DNA from: Octopus bimaculoides
Taxonomy: Eukaryota
DNA: 41,237 nt
Direction of reading: 5' to 3'
Assembly: GCF_001194135.2 (NCBI RefSeq)
Contig: NC_068981.1
Location: 41,648,327 to 41,689,563, forward strand
Positions 11,409 to 24,141 of this stretch are shown piece after piece. The notes under the pieces are model-generated. The model ran no database searches and was not told the DNA's origin. It saw only the letters and a program-made list of their open reading frames with translations. The translations under genes and the position numbers were made by a program. Positions within the stretch are counted from its first letter, which is position 1, and each line of letters starts with the position of its first letter.

Positions 11409-11443
11409 AGTATAGTCTTTTATGTCAGAAAACAGATAAAATC
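11409..11443 (-). CDS. TPCN1: TPC1 35-nt exon (end of S5 and luminal loop); not in the ORF track
   Basis: (G)FYLFSDIKDYT, compared with human GFYLFSPNPSDP. ttttttttgaaag|GA ... ACT|gtaagt. Phase 1/0 fits both neighbours exactly. Confidence 0.9.
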
Positions 11444-12593
11444 CTTTCAAAAAAAATTAAAATGATAAAAATATTGAAATTATTGAAAAGATACATAACA
11501 TAACAGACATGATTTATTAACCTTTTTCTAATATTTATCTTTATTAGCGTTGTATATAAATATTAGACCTTAAATTTATGAAGAAAGCAAAAACAGGATG
11601 GTGCAACATTCCTTTTATGGACATTAATAATATAGGTAAAATGAAATGAGTGAGGGATTACACTCAAGAGTACTTTACTCTTACCCTATAATGCTCATCA
11701 CTTTTTGTGGAATATAAATAAAATGTGTACAACTTCACAATAGTGGACTGACTAGTTGGTTCAATAAGCTGAATTGCTGATTCCTAACACTTGTAATCTA
11801 TAGTACCCTAAATTAAATGGTGCTGATACAAATGAATAAGAAATGAGAGGCATTGTCTTGGTTTCAATAGAAGCATACAATTAGCAGATTCAAAAGAACA
11901 GAGGTAATTTTAGTAGGTAACATTAAAGAATAGAGAGATAAGACACCTTTCACATGGGACTAGGTGTTTGAATATATTAGTGATAGATAAGTTGCTGTTT
12001 TGGCTAAGATCATCCATGAGTGAGCAAATCTATGATGAATGGTTTTCAAGAAATGTTAATCTAAAACTAAATTATTTTTTATGTCCTGCATCTTTCTAAG
12101 AGAGAAATATATGAGGAGTGATTAGCTGCTGTTTATATCAACAAACATATAAAAGTTCTCTCACTGACACATGGCAGACAGGCGTGTGTGTGTGTTGATG
12201 TATGTATATGCACATATGTGAGTGAATGTACTGTATGAATTGGTCAGTGATGTACAGGAAGAGAGTTGAAGAGAAAACTGAATCTTAAGATATTATAACA
12301 TTAATGAGCTGGGTTAAGAAAAAAACTGTCAAACCATTGAACTAACTTTCTAAAAATATTCTGATCCTGATGGTTAGTTTTCCAATAAGATTTCTGAAAA
12401 GCTTTACTTAATGCAGAAAATATCTTTATATCTTTACACTTTTTTTAACTTTATACTAGCATAGCTGGGATGGCTTTTTAAAAATTAAATTACAGTTGGA
12501 TGTCCTCCTTAATGTTAGCCACTCAATCACAAAGCAAAAATGAAATCTGTTGTCAATTAAGTGCCCATCTAAGTATTGAGCTGGACAGATCGA

Positions 12594-13219
12594 AGCTGTG
12601 CTTGAGAATACCTGTCAAAACAAGTGAAATCGAAGTTGTGACTAATGCTGGTGTCACATAACCGGCACCCATGCAGGTGACACATAAAAAGCACCTTTCA
12701 AGCACTGAGCCTCATGAAGGCAAAGTGGTTGAGCCCCTTTCGAGTGTTGGGCCTCACAGAGTCAATGATCAAGACCTTTGGCATTATGTTGTGCTTGAGA
12801 AGACCCATCAAGGCGAGTAAAATTGCAGTCATGGCAGCTACCAGTGTCATGCCGGTGGCATGTAAAAGCACCTTTCAAGCATTGAGCCTCACGGCAGCAA
12901 GGACGAGACCATTTGGCATTATGCCGTGCTTTGAACATTGGGCCCCATGGAAGCAATGACTGAGTCCATTTGGCATTATGCTGTGCTTGAGAAAAAGACC
13001 CACCAAGTCAAGTAAAACCACAGTCGTGACAGATACCGGTGTTACGCAAATGGCACCCATGCCGGTGGCACATAATAGCACCCATTACACTCTCGGAGTG
13101 GTCAGCTTTAGAAACCATGCCAAAACAGACTGGTGTCTGGTGCAGCCTTCCGGCTTGCCAGCCCTAATCAAACTGTCAAACCCATGCCAGCATGGACAAT
13201 GGACATTTAATGATGATGA
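12594..13219 (+). mobile_element. RTE LINE 3' UTR with a triplicated unit of about 192 bp
   Basis: gtgcttgagaa anchors at 12598, 12791 and 12983. Ends gagtggtcagctttagaaa...ccatgccagcatgga...ttaatgatgatgaa. Confidence 0.75.
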
Positions 13220-13495
13220 AGAGGATGGGACCGTTATCTTTGGCCTTTGCAAGACTGCTTAGAGTGAAGACTTAACAAGTGCTTTTTTTGCTTGCAGTGT
13301 TGAGCTAAATTCCACTAGTGTGATATCAATGTGCTATACAGAAATATATTTGGGTCTGTGGTTCTTAAAATAATGAAAAATAGATATATACACTGTCCTA
13401 ATAAACTGAAAGGACACACCATTAGGATAGATTAGTATGGTCATTAAAGCATATAAGAAAATGCTGGCAAGAGTAATTTATATGGTTTTACTGAC

Positions 13496-13584
13496 CTAAG
13501 ATAGAAAATATCAGCATAAAAAATAGCAACAGTAGAAGCATGTCAAAAATTGGCCGTAGAGATTGAAAGATTTGACGCGTAAAT
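13496..13584 (-). CDS. TPCN1: TPC1 exon (S4-S5 linker and S5); not in the ORF track
   Basis: (R)[29 protein letters not shown](G), compared with human [30 protein letters not shown]. tattttccag|A ... G|gtcagt. 89 nt, phase 2/1. Confidence 0.95.
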
Positions 13585-14349
13585 CTGGAAAATAAAACAT
13601 AAATAAATACAAAAAGTGATTTATTTTTCAAATTATTGTTCTTAATTTCTTTGACCATTCATTCTCTTAATGCACATGAACATGTGCAATTAATCATATT
13701 TCTATATAAATCCTGACATTTCAATTGATAGAATGAGAAAACAATACTTCATATTGTCTGAAAAAAGTCATATTTTGGGAAACATATTTCACTCTATAGA
13801 TTATCACACCTTTATCTCTGTATGTGAACTTATAATGTAAAGGAGATGAGTCAGAGTTTCCTCTGGGTAATTCTGTATGTGGTTGCTCAATATACTAGAA
13901 ACAGCAACCAAGTCTCCCTCAAATTACATCCTACTAACTTAAAAAATGGAAGGATATATTGTCTGAAGGAGAAAAAAAGATTATAGTCACAGATGAAATA
14001 CCTTTAACCATAAAGCAGTTCAATTAGGGTTGAAGATAACACTAGCAGCAAAAGTAGAATTGCCTGTGATATATATCGCTTCCAACTTCCACTGGTACTA
14101 GTAACATGCCAGTTATAGCGTAATGGACTGCATGTTGCACATGGAAGTGAAACATGACATCACTCACAATCCCATTTTCAATTGCAACTATCAACATGAC
14201 AACCAAGGAAGAAGAAAAAGGAAGACAAGTCTTGAAATTTTTCCATTAAGAATAACTGGTATATTCAAGCACAGTTGTATGTTACCCAATTTATTGTTTT
14301 AACCCACTGCCACTGAGAACGCTTTGTTAGAAGACTTCAACTTTTTATA

Positions 14350-14720
14350 TTCACCTGACCATTTTTTCTCTCTTTCCAGCTGGGGAAGCAATGTACCTCC
14401 TCTTTAACAAGACACCTATTCCTGTAACTTTTTCATACTTTAACCTCACAATATCTGGTACACAGTTACCCACTCAATACTACACCCCTAGTTAAGGGAT
14501 CTTGTCTTGTAAGTTATTTGGTGACCTCACAAATGCTAGTGCACTAAAAAATGTACCCAATACCATATGTAGAGTGGTTAGCATTAGGAAGGGCATCCAA
14601 CTACAGAAACTAGGCCAAAGTAGACACAGAAGCTCAGCACAAGCCCTACATTTGTCATTTCCTGTTAAGCCATCCAAACTATTCCAAAATGGAAAATAGA
14701 TTATAAACAATGATGATGAT
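14350..14720 (+). mobile_element. RTE-type 3' UTR fragment (second subfamily)
   Basis: gagtggttagcattaggaagggcatccaactacagaaac...ccatccaa...aatggaaaatag...aatgatgatgat terminal block. Confidence 0.65.
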
Positions 14721-14873
14721 CACAATGACAACTGCTTCTGGTATTTACAATGCCATGTGATCACATTTACCACAGATGATTAAAGCTATGAAGATCAGAT
14801 TAAGATGATATGTAATATATCTGCAATATAGCTTGATCTTGTTTGAAAAATGTATAAAAGGAAAGGAGCCAAC

Positions 14874-15004
14874 CTTCGAACGCCTTTGCAATAATAGGAA
14901 TCCATAAGAAAGAATGGCCTCACAGCTCTAGTCACTCGTAAGTGGTTCTTCTGACGACATATCATTACAAAAGCTTCCACTAACATGACTAATAACAGAA
15001 ACAT
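14874..15004 (-). CDS. TPCN1: TPC1 exon (S3-S4 of domain I)
   Basis: MFLLLVMLVEAFVMICRQKNHLRVTRAVRPFFLMDSYYCKGVRR, compared with human [24 protein letters not shown]. tattttcag|ATG ... AG|gttggc. 131 nt, phase 0/2. Confidence 0.95.
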
Positions 15005-15344
15005 CTGAAAATAACAAAAGAAATTTATCTCAGTAATGGCAAAATTATGAATTACAATTTTAATATTTTTATTCATTTAATTCAAATGTTCAAATTCTCT
15101 CAAAGTGATTTTCTGATAAACAGCATGAAAAGAAATGTGAACACTTTATCAAGTATGTAACCAATAAACATATTGAGAAATTATTGGAAAACTAATGGTC
15201 AAAATAGCACAGGAAATTTATGAGTAAAACAATAGTCTTAAATGATAACTAATTATAAATTTTATTCAAGTACAAGGTCAATTTATGGGTGGGATAAGTA
15301 CAGGCAAATGAATCTACCCTAGTATGTTACAAACCAACAAGGAA

Positions 15345-15545
15345 GCCTCTAGAACGTTATTTAGCTTACTACAAATAGCAGCGAAATCTTTCTCAAATCA
15401 CACACTGGAATCCTAAATAAAGAAAAGATTATTATTAAATAATATAATCCTACATAGAGTCTTAGAAAGGTAGGATGGTCACAGCTGGAATACATTGACC
15501 ATTAATCTGCCAAATCAGGATTGACCTGGGGTTCAACAACAACAG
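15345..15545 (+). mobile_element. SINE-like dispersed repeat with (AAC)n tail
   Basis: aaatagcagcgaaatctttctcaaatcacac...ggatggtcacagctggaata...acctggggttcaacaacaac. Related pieces at about 13862-14035 (+), 11990-12145 (-) and 38955-39095 (-). Confidence 0.5.
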
Positions 15546-15774
15546 ATACATATTTCCTCTCTGAAAGGATGAAAAATCCATGTAGCCATGAATTCAACAT
15601 GTAGCTTGATGAATGTAAATACAAGATACATTTACATTTTAAACATACATAGGAAAAGTTATTGTTTATTAATTGTTTGAATAATCTCAGCTGATCAAAG
15701 TTTTTCAATTGACTTATGTTACATCTATGAGTACCTACCATATTTTTATTCAGTACTTAGAATGCATCCCTTAA

Positions 15775-16030
15775 GAAGCACAATGAATAGAGTTGACAGA
15801 AGAATTTTATGTAGCACGCAAAAAGGGACACAACACTAGCATGGACATGGAATCATATGGTAGAGATGACACCTGGCTAAAACTGTGTCAAGAAAGTCAA
15901 GTGGAACCAAAGGGAACCTGCAGAGGAAGACCAAGGAAGATATGGGAAATAGTGAAAATCGATTCCATGATGTTGAACCTTACAAAGGAATTGAAAAGGA
16001 TTATGGCAAGAAAACAAATGTGAAGGAAAA
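15775..16030 (+). mobile_element. Degraded RTE ORF2 C-terminal fragment
   Basis: YGRDDTWLKLC...GTCRGRPRKIWEIVKID resembles the RTE terminal motif RGRPRKTW..VVK.D seen at about 33520. Confidence 0.55.
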
Positions 16031-16993
16031 GAGAGAGAGGTGGGGAGAAAGTTGAAGAAATAATTAAGAGAAACTTTGTATAGAAAGTAGGAAGATCACT
16101 AAAAGATGGAGTGTGTCTCATCAAATTTTTCTGAGATAAGATAAGACAAAAGCCCCTCAGTATCGATAATTAATATTCCAATACAAGATTAACTACTATG
16201 AATCTAAGCAAAAATAAGTCTGGAAATACCCAAATGTTTTTATACAAATGTTCCTCAGGCTTACAGTAGATCATTCTAAAAATAGAAGTTTAAAACAAAA
16301 CATTGTCAACCCTATATCAGATGTTTTGCTAAAAATTTATAAACACTGTATATAGATATTAATAACAGCATGCACAATCTTGGTGCCTCTACCATAATTG
16401 GTTCAATATTGCAAAAAGTATGTTTGCTAAAAATAAAAAAACTCAAAAAATTACCTCTGATTTGATACGACTTTTAAGGACTGAAAATTATGTGATTACC
16501 TAAGAGAGGTAGGGCGTGATCAATGAAAGTATGGGTAGAGAGAACATTATTAATGGATAAAGGATGGATAACAAGTGAAACAGTTCTGAGTGGTATGCAA
16601 AATAAATGGTATCAAGGAAGAGTTACAGTTAGAGAGATGATGGGTGGTGGGGTGTATCTTGAGAAGGAAATTGAATGAAGGGCCCAGTTGTGCACTTCCA
16701 GAACTCAGTTTTACCAAAGGGTATTCAAGAAAAGTATGGAAAGAACTGTGCACTGTGCTTGATGCATAATTATATATAATGGAACTATACACAAGAAAAG
16801 GACTAACTTCAAGGTGAAATATGTTATAGATCACTCAGCTTAACATTTATCATTATTTGAATCTATTGTCAGAGATCTGTCTGCTAACAATATAATAAAA
16901 AACCTGTTTACTACGAAAGAATATAATACTGCCAAACCTTAACCGTATAGAAGTCTGGACTGAAAGGCTTGATATGATTATTAATATATATAC

Positions 16994-17537
16994 CAGGGGT
17001 GGGGAAACTTTTTAATGCAGCAGGCAAAAATTTCCAAAGAAAAAGGTCTGCAGGCACATCACAAGTTCTAATTCTTATATCTGTACAAGTCTTGTATATA
17101 TATATATATATATGTATTTATGTATAATTTGATATACATTAATAAAGATAAGTTTAACACATTAAATTAATGATCAGCATCATTAACACTGTCTCTGAAT
17201 TTAGGACGTTTATATTACTTATGAGGTATTCTATATTTTTCAGCTAGAGGGTAGTTGGGTTTCAAGGGGGAGGTACAAACCTAGCAATATGTGTTTTATA
17301 AGGATAACAAAATTTCCATTCAAATGGTAATTGCTGGACGATTTCTGTTCAAGTCTAACTATTTTAAGTCATAGTGGAAATGCAACCTATGTTGCAAATA
17401 GGCATACGTATATTGCATAAATTTTATAATTGAAAAATTTACTACATTTTGTATATATGAGTATATCAGCCTGCAGGCACAATAAAATGAGCTTGCAGGC
17501 ACAATTGCACCCATGGACGAGGGTTTCCCCACCCCTG
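16994..17537. mobile_element. hAT (Charlie-like) MITE with perfect 8-bp TSD
   Basis: ATATATAC|CAGGGGTGGGGAAAC ... GTTTCCCCACCCCTG|ATATATAC. 15-bp perfect TIR; repeated subterminal GCAGGCA(C) motifs. Confidence 0.92.
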
Positions 17538-18464
17538 ATATATACTGACTACAGCAAAATATCTAATTCAACATTTTGCCACTGTCTATCAAAATGTTTG
17601 GGTTTTGAAAGTGCAAATGAACATTAGTAACTAGGTCAGTGACATCCTTGTAGGAAGAAGACAAACACTTTGTGTTAATGATAGATACTTGAACAGGAAA
17701 AATGTAAAGAATAATACCGCACAAGATTCTGTCAGGCACAAACCTATTTGTTGTCTTCTTATAAGACATATGATTTTCAATTAGAATTATCTACACTACT
17801 TTTGCTGCTGACTTTAAAGTGTTCAGACAAGATAACAATGAAAGTACTAAAATGTAAGAATATCTCTTAGACTATTAGACCATTCATTCACTTTATTTAA
17901 ATTGAATGACTGGTCTAATAGATAACAATTACCCAGTTAATGTAAAAAGCTGTAAAAGAAATAAATTTAAATGTTGATGATTTAAAGCGATGAATACAAA
18001 ATATGCCACATGTACTTTCTAACCAATTGATTCACTCTGCTACCCTTCTCCTCTTACCTTTTCCACATTTTTTCTTTTTTCTTTCAAATCTTCCCCACCT
18101 GAAACTCGTTTTTCCTTTCCTGAACAATCTCCTCCTTCACACATTGTCTTCTATATAAAGTGTACATGCATTGGTGCATGTCTGCATGCATGTGAGTATT
18201 AACCACTTCTAGTTTCTTAATCCCTCTGACTTTATACCTTCTTGCCACCTATTTTCTTCAGCTTCCCATACAATTTTCTAACAGACTTCTCACCAATCCT
18301 CACAACACACAACTCATTTTTTCTACAAATTCTGTACCATAGAAATATGGCCTTATGTTATTTTTCTCAATAAAGTTACATTACTTATCTATAATATAGA
18401 TATAACAGTTGATATCCTGAAAGAGCTACTATTGTCAATTAAATTATTTAAAATAATAAACTAT

Positions 18465-18833
18465 ATTCTTTTACCTGTTTCAACCATTTGACTGTGGCCA
18501 TGCTGGAGCACCGCCTTTAGTCAAACAAATTGACCCTAGGACTTATTCTTTGTAAGCCTAGTATTTATTCTAGCAGTCTCTTTTGCTAAGTTACGGGGAT
18601 GTAAATACACCAACATCAGTTGTCAAGCAATGATAGGGGGGACAAACACAGACACACGAACATATATATATATATGACAGGCTTCTTTCAGTTTCCGTCT
18701 AACAAATCCACTCACAAGGCTTTGGTCGGCCCGAGACTATAGTAGAAGACATTTGCCCAAGGTGCCATGCAAGGGAACCCGGAACCATGTGGTTGGTAAA
18801 CAAGCTACTTACCACACAGCCACTCCTGTGCCT
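18465..18833 (-). mobile_element. Near-complete tRNA-derived SINE (family 2)
   Basis: Reverse complement taggcacaggagtggctgtgtggtaagtagcttg...ggttccgggttccc...gtcttctactatagtctcgggccgaccaaagcc...ggtgctccagcatggccacagtcaaatgg...aaacaggtaaaa. Confidence 0.78.
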
Positions 18834-19031
18834 ATTATAATAATAATGTCTCAATTTGTTCAGCAAAAATTGGACAAAAGTTTTAATTTGTACCTAGGAA
18901 GGACCATAAATCTGTTTTTGTTTTTCAACCAAGTTAATAGAAAAAAAAAATTCTTTTTTAATCAGTTCAAAAACAGTATTTTTCCTCACTGTGGTAAGGT
19001 GTGAAATAAAGAAAAATTGATTTTAACATAC

Positions 19032-19034
<3 letters not shown>

Positions 19035-19088
<54 letters not shown>
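19035..19088. repeat. (GA)27 microsatellite
   Basis: Directly visible; begins 10 nt into the intron after exon 19099-19212. Confidence 0.98.
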
Positions 19089-19092
<4 letters not shown>

Positions 19093-19098
19093 ACTAAC

Positions 19099-19212
19099 CT
19101 TTAATACTGTTCGTTTATGTTTGAAAAATGTTCTAAATTTTAACCATTTCATCCGAATTCCAAGAATCAATGCTAAAATTAATAAACAAAAGAGCTCAAG
19201 AGAGCTATGAAC
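19099..19212 (-). CDS. TPCN1: TPC1 exon (S2 and S2-S3 linker)
   Basis: VHSSLELFCLLILALILGIRMKWLKFRTFFKHKRTVLK, compared with human VHATLELF...KLRWLGLHTFIRHKRTMVK. aatttcag|GTT ... AAG|gttagt. 114 nt, phase 0/0. Confidence 0.95.
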
Positions 19213-19869
19213 CTGAAATTGAGATTTAAACTGAATATCAGATTTATTAAATATAGATATTCTATTATATTTCGAAAGAAACTGTGACAATTACTTTCAG
19301 CCAGCTATCAGTTGCTTATTCAGAAAATACAGATTACATCAAGTATTGAGGATTGATTTAATTAACTACATCCCCTCTCTACTACAAAACTGTTTTTGTA
19401 GCAGAGAGCAGGGTATAATTAATTAAATCAACTCCCAGTACTTGATATTTATTTCAACAACCCCAGAAGGATAAAAGTAAAAGTTCAGCCAGTTAGATTT
19501 GAATTTATTGAATAAATAAACCTAACTAAATATGCTATATGGTCTCCACTGTAGTTTGGAATGTCTAACTTTCTTAGAGTATAATTAAGAAATCAGGGAA
19601 TATAAAAGGGGTTGTTTATTTATGCCAATAATTTCTTTAGATTGTAATTGATGAATAACAGCATTAATGGGTAAAGGTTCCAACATGCAACTGCTTCACT
19701 GCATTTCTGGCAACAGGAGTAATAAAGGAGTGTCTGTAACATGATGCAGAACAAATACTGTAAAAGCTCTTAATTGAAAAGCAATTGTCTTCTTGTTTTT
19801 CTTGCTGATGTTTACATCTTCTGCCAATGTATATCAATAACAACTATACACAAAGAAGAATGATACAGA

Positions 19870-21160
19870 AACTAAAAGACCTTGCAGTTATTAATAGGTT
19901 TAAAGCAGTTTCAATTGACATGTATGATAGTAGAGAGAAAGATTTTGATACTAGTAGCATAGATGACAACTGGAAATTTCTATGGAATAACCTGTTTAGT
20001 GCTACAGTTCAGACATGTAACTGAGACAAAACCAAACCAAACCAAAGGAAATGTGGTGGTGGAATGACACAGTTGACTGAGCAGTAAAAAATAAAAGACA
20101 GGCTTAGAAAACCTGGAAGGAAGGTAATAGCAGGAAGCATTATCAAAAGGCTAGAAGAGCAGCTCTAGATGGCAGGTACATTTGGTTAAGGGTGAGACAG
20201 AAAGGAAGAGATTTGCCCATGTCCTACAATGTGAGAACCAGAGGCATGAGGGGTTCAGGATTGTGAGATAGTCTGTGAGAGAGAACTAAGATATCATTGG
20301 TGAGAAGTGTATTTGGAATAATGAAGGCATATTCACCATAGATATGGAAGACAAGAGGCTGCTGAGTGTGGAGAATGCATGGGATAAAGATGGTCTACTT
20401 CAGCTGGCCTACAGGGAGACCAGCAATTCAAGTTGACAGTAGATAAAGTGATTTAAGGAACTGAAGAGAGGGAAAGCTGTGGGCCATTAGAGATAATTGC
20501 AGAGATGCTCAAAATATCTAGTGAGGTTCAATGCATGAACACCACCTGGATGGTTAATCAAGTTATACAGAAAGGTGTCATACACAATGACTGGAAAAGC
20601 AGTATCATTTTAAACTGCTACAAAAGCAAAAGAGATGCTTTAAAGAGAAGTAACTATAGAGATATCAAACAATTCATTTATGTCAGTGTAAATCTAGATG
20701 AGATGCAGTTTGGCTTTGTACAATCTTCCTAGTGAAGCAACTGCAGGAGGAATACTTGACTTAGAATAAATCACTATTTTGGGCTTTTATTGATATTTGG
20801 AAAAAGTATTTGAAAGAATTCCAGGTTCATAATTTGGTGGTCACTAAGGAAAAGTAGATGTAGACAAAAAGCTTGTGAGGGCTGTAGTCCTCAATAGCAA
20901 GAAACCTGTTCTGTTCTGGCCCCTTCCCTCATATTTTAATCCCTTATGTCCCAGCTCCCAGCATAAAGCTGCATGACAGCCTCACTAGTGCTGGTATGAA
21001 AAAGCACCCAGTACATGCAGAAAAGTGGTTGGCAGAGGGGTGGGTATCTAGACATAGAAACAGTGCCAAAGTAGACACTAAATTACAAGTCAGTCCTGGT
21101 ACCCATAGGTTTCTGCCAAACCAACATTTAACACCTATGTTCCATGTCAGCATGGATAAT
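19870..21160 (+). mobile_element. Degraded, internally deleted RTE LINE (RT N-terminal region plus 3' UTR)
   Basis: ...DWKSSIILNCYKSKRDALKRSNYRDIK...DEMQFGF...KQLQEEY...AFID..K.. are RTE RT motifs (cf. W..S.I...YKGKGD...SNYRGI; QFGF; AFVDLEKAFD), followed by a decayed 3' UTR. Confidence 0.7.
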
Positions 21161-21191
21161 GATTTGTGTGTGTGTGTGTGTGTGTAAAATG

Positions 21192-21538
21192 GGTAGGCAC
21201 ATGGCTCAGTGGTTAGAGTGTCATGAGGTCGAGAGTTTGATTCCCAGGCCAGGTTGGATGTTGTGTTCTTGAGCAAAGCACTATTTTATGTTACTCCAGT
21301 TCACTAAACTGTAGAAATGAGTTGCGACGTCACTGGTGCCAAGCTGTACTGGCCTTTGCCTTTTCCTTGGACAACATCAATGGTGTGTAGAAAGGAGGCT
21401 GGTATGTATGGGAAACTGCCAGTCTTCCATAAACAACCTTGCCCAGACTTGTGCCTCAGCAGGGAAATTTCTAGGTGCAAGCCAATGATCATTCATGACC
21501 AAAGTAGTGGTGGTGGTTTGAGGGGTCTTTACCTTGGA
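21192..21538 (+). mobile_element. tRNA-derived SINE (family 3)
   Basis: A-box-like tggctcagtggttagag, B-box-like gtttgattccc, core gtgttcttgagcaaagcact. Homologue at 6870-7070 (-). Confidence 0.7.
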
Positions 21539-21553
21539 TGTATGTGTGTGAGT

Positions 21554-21567
21554 ATATATATATATAT

Positions 21568-21612
<45 letters not shown>
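21554..21612. repeat. (TA)n/(CA)n compound microsatellite
   Basis: Directly visible. Confidence 0.95.
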
Positions 21613-21615
<3 letters not shown>

Positions 21616-23070
21616 TACAGCTGTCACTTACAAGTATGACAAGGTAGTATGTATCACATATGTAATATGTACAACAGATTCCATACAGCTTCAACCAATT
21701 TCACTTACAAAGTATTGATCAACCTGAGACAATGGTACAAAAACAATTGTCCAAGGTGCTGCGCCAGAACCAAAATCACATAGTTACAAAAGGAACTTTT
21801 TAATTACACAACCACCAGTGTAATTACAAGAAACAATGCTGCATTACCAAACCACAAATTATTATTATCAAAGTGTGATGATTGTTTGTTTTTTTTTTAG
21901 TTCCATAAAAATCCTTAATATTGTATGGTAATAAATTTAGTTTGTTTTTATATTCTTGTTACTTTTGTATCTTGATTGTTACATTACATTTTGTACTTGA
22001 ATGTGCTTAGGTTGTGATATACTGGTTACTTTTGTATTATAATAGAACTGTGTAAAAGTAATAACAGTGCAGTAGCTGAGGTCTTTCATAGGAACATGTG
22101 ATAATGATGTTTCCTAGTTTCCTATTGTATTGCAGGAGGAAGATAATATCAGCACTTCAGGTTCTTGTGTTATGTTTCAGGGATTGTTTAAGTGGATTTT
22201 TTTAGTTTGCTTTGTCTGTATATGTGTGGTTTTTGTGCTGGGGTGTGGGGGCGGGGGTCTTACTCATTTTAGTACTTTTGTAATCTACTTTAAGCAGAAT
22301 TATGACTCCTGAATTTGTCTCATGTTGATATTGATCTGCATGTTGGTCTATTTGTTTTCTGTAGTAAGTTTTAATAATTTCACTAGCATTCCATCTGTAA
22401 ACATGTCATCATTTTTATTTCTGACATAATATAATCAGTGCGTCCTTTATCTTTTAAGATAGGAGACTCTGATTTGGAGAGATTTGGCAACTAATTCTTG
22501 CTGGTCAAATAAATAGATGCTTCTTGTTGATATATAAATATTTTGCATGAGTTACCAGATTTTTTTAATAACTGGAAAGTGAAAATTTAATTTTAACTTC
22601 ATGCTGTTCAAATTACATGTTAATTTCTGATTAGTTCAAGTAATTTATGTGTACACTATTATTTCACTGGTTTTGACTGTGAGCCAGCAAGGCAGGAATT
22701 CTATAATTTACCTAAAGTAGGACAGCATCAACGACATAATATGAATCATCAATAACTTATCTACTTAAATATTGTCGACTCCATGATTTTTTAACCGAAT
22801 AAACTTTCTCACATGGAAACAAGGCCACAAAAATGTAGGAAATGACTGCAGTCAATCAAATCAACTTCATCACACGCCTGGTGAAAGTTTATTGACTGCG
22901 AAGAGATAATAATCAAGGGCAATACCTGTCTAATTTGAATTCAAAATGTGGATGGACAAATCTAAAAATATAAAGGCATTTAACCCAGCACTCTATCATT
23001 TTTACTTCAGTGTAGAACTTTCAGGGACACAACATAATGTCATAATATATGTTATAACATATAACTGAGA

Positions 23071-23075
<5 letters not shown>

Positions 23076-23141
<66 letters not shown>
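23076..23141. repeat. (AG)n microsatellite, about 33 units
   Basis: Directly visible. Confidence 0.98.
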
Positions 23142-23142
<1 letters not shown>

Positions 23143-24141
23143 ATGTGTGTGCGTATTACAATTAATATCACAGGAGCACAACTACTGATTAAACACAGTG
23201 CAACTATTGACTAAATGGTTATAAATTAAAGTCTTAATTCAGTCATTGTGCTGTACACATAAGCAGAATAGTTAACTGCATCCACATCTATTTGCCAGAC
23301 AAATTAAAAAACAAACAGGGTTCCATTCTGATTTTATGGGTGACTGGTTAACTTTAAAAGTATTGTGCCAACAAAAACTCTCTCACTAATACTGCTTTAG
23401 AAATAATAATATAAAACACTAATAATTCCTTTTCTAACAAATATGACATCACCTTGTTTTCAGTTGATATTCATTGTTAATGATATATAACAATAAGATC
23501 TTTGCAACAAACTGAAGATTGTATGATTAAGTAATATTTAAGACATGCAGATAGTTGGGTGCATGCAAAAATGAAGTTTATTTCTCACACCCATATGATT
23601 CTGGGTCAAACCCATAATCTGGTACCTTGGGTCATTATTTTCTATCATAACCTCAGGTTAGTCCAAGCATTTTGTGTAAAATTAGGTGACAGAAACTGTG
23701 CAGAATCCTATTAGATGAACTGTTTCAGCTTTTAGATGTTAGACCCTGTCTGTTATCGGATTTAACACCATCATCTGGCCATTGGCTGCTTTTAGCAGAA
23801 TTCACTCTGTGTTGCGAGGATCTGGACAAGGTCATCAGCCTAAAGTTAAGCCATTACTTATGTTTTTTTTCTCTTCCCTTTATCCCTTACCTACCAACTC
23901 AGAGGCCTTGCAACAAAAAAATAACAGATGCTGCCCTTCCGCCACTGTCCATGTAATGAACAAGAAATATTTGCTTAAATAATCATACATTTGATACTGA
24001 AACAATTACATGCATATAACTGATATGAAGAAACATTTGTGAGTGTGTATGTGTGTGTCTACACATAAAATATCAAATAATTACACTTTATTGTAATGAA
24101 TGGACAAAGTAAAAGTAGTAAAAAAACAATAAGTTACCCAC

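Noticed and set aside
12714-13262. Cluster of overlapping ORFs on both strands (also 25808-26045, 33639-34004)
   Set aside because: GC-richer RTE 3' UTR sequence with few stops; no protein motifs.
13389-13420. Tc1-like left TIR (TA-CACTGTCCTAATAAACTGAAAGGACAC) near the 13496 exon
   Set aside because: No matching right TIR found, so exon capture by a transposon is unsupported.
21192-21260. Possible tRNA gene (also heads at 8193, 10478, 18833)
   Set aside because: A/B-box-like motifs continue straight into multi-copy SINE bodies and no complete cloverleaf is present.
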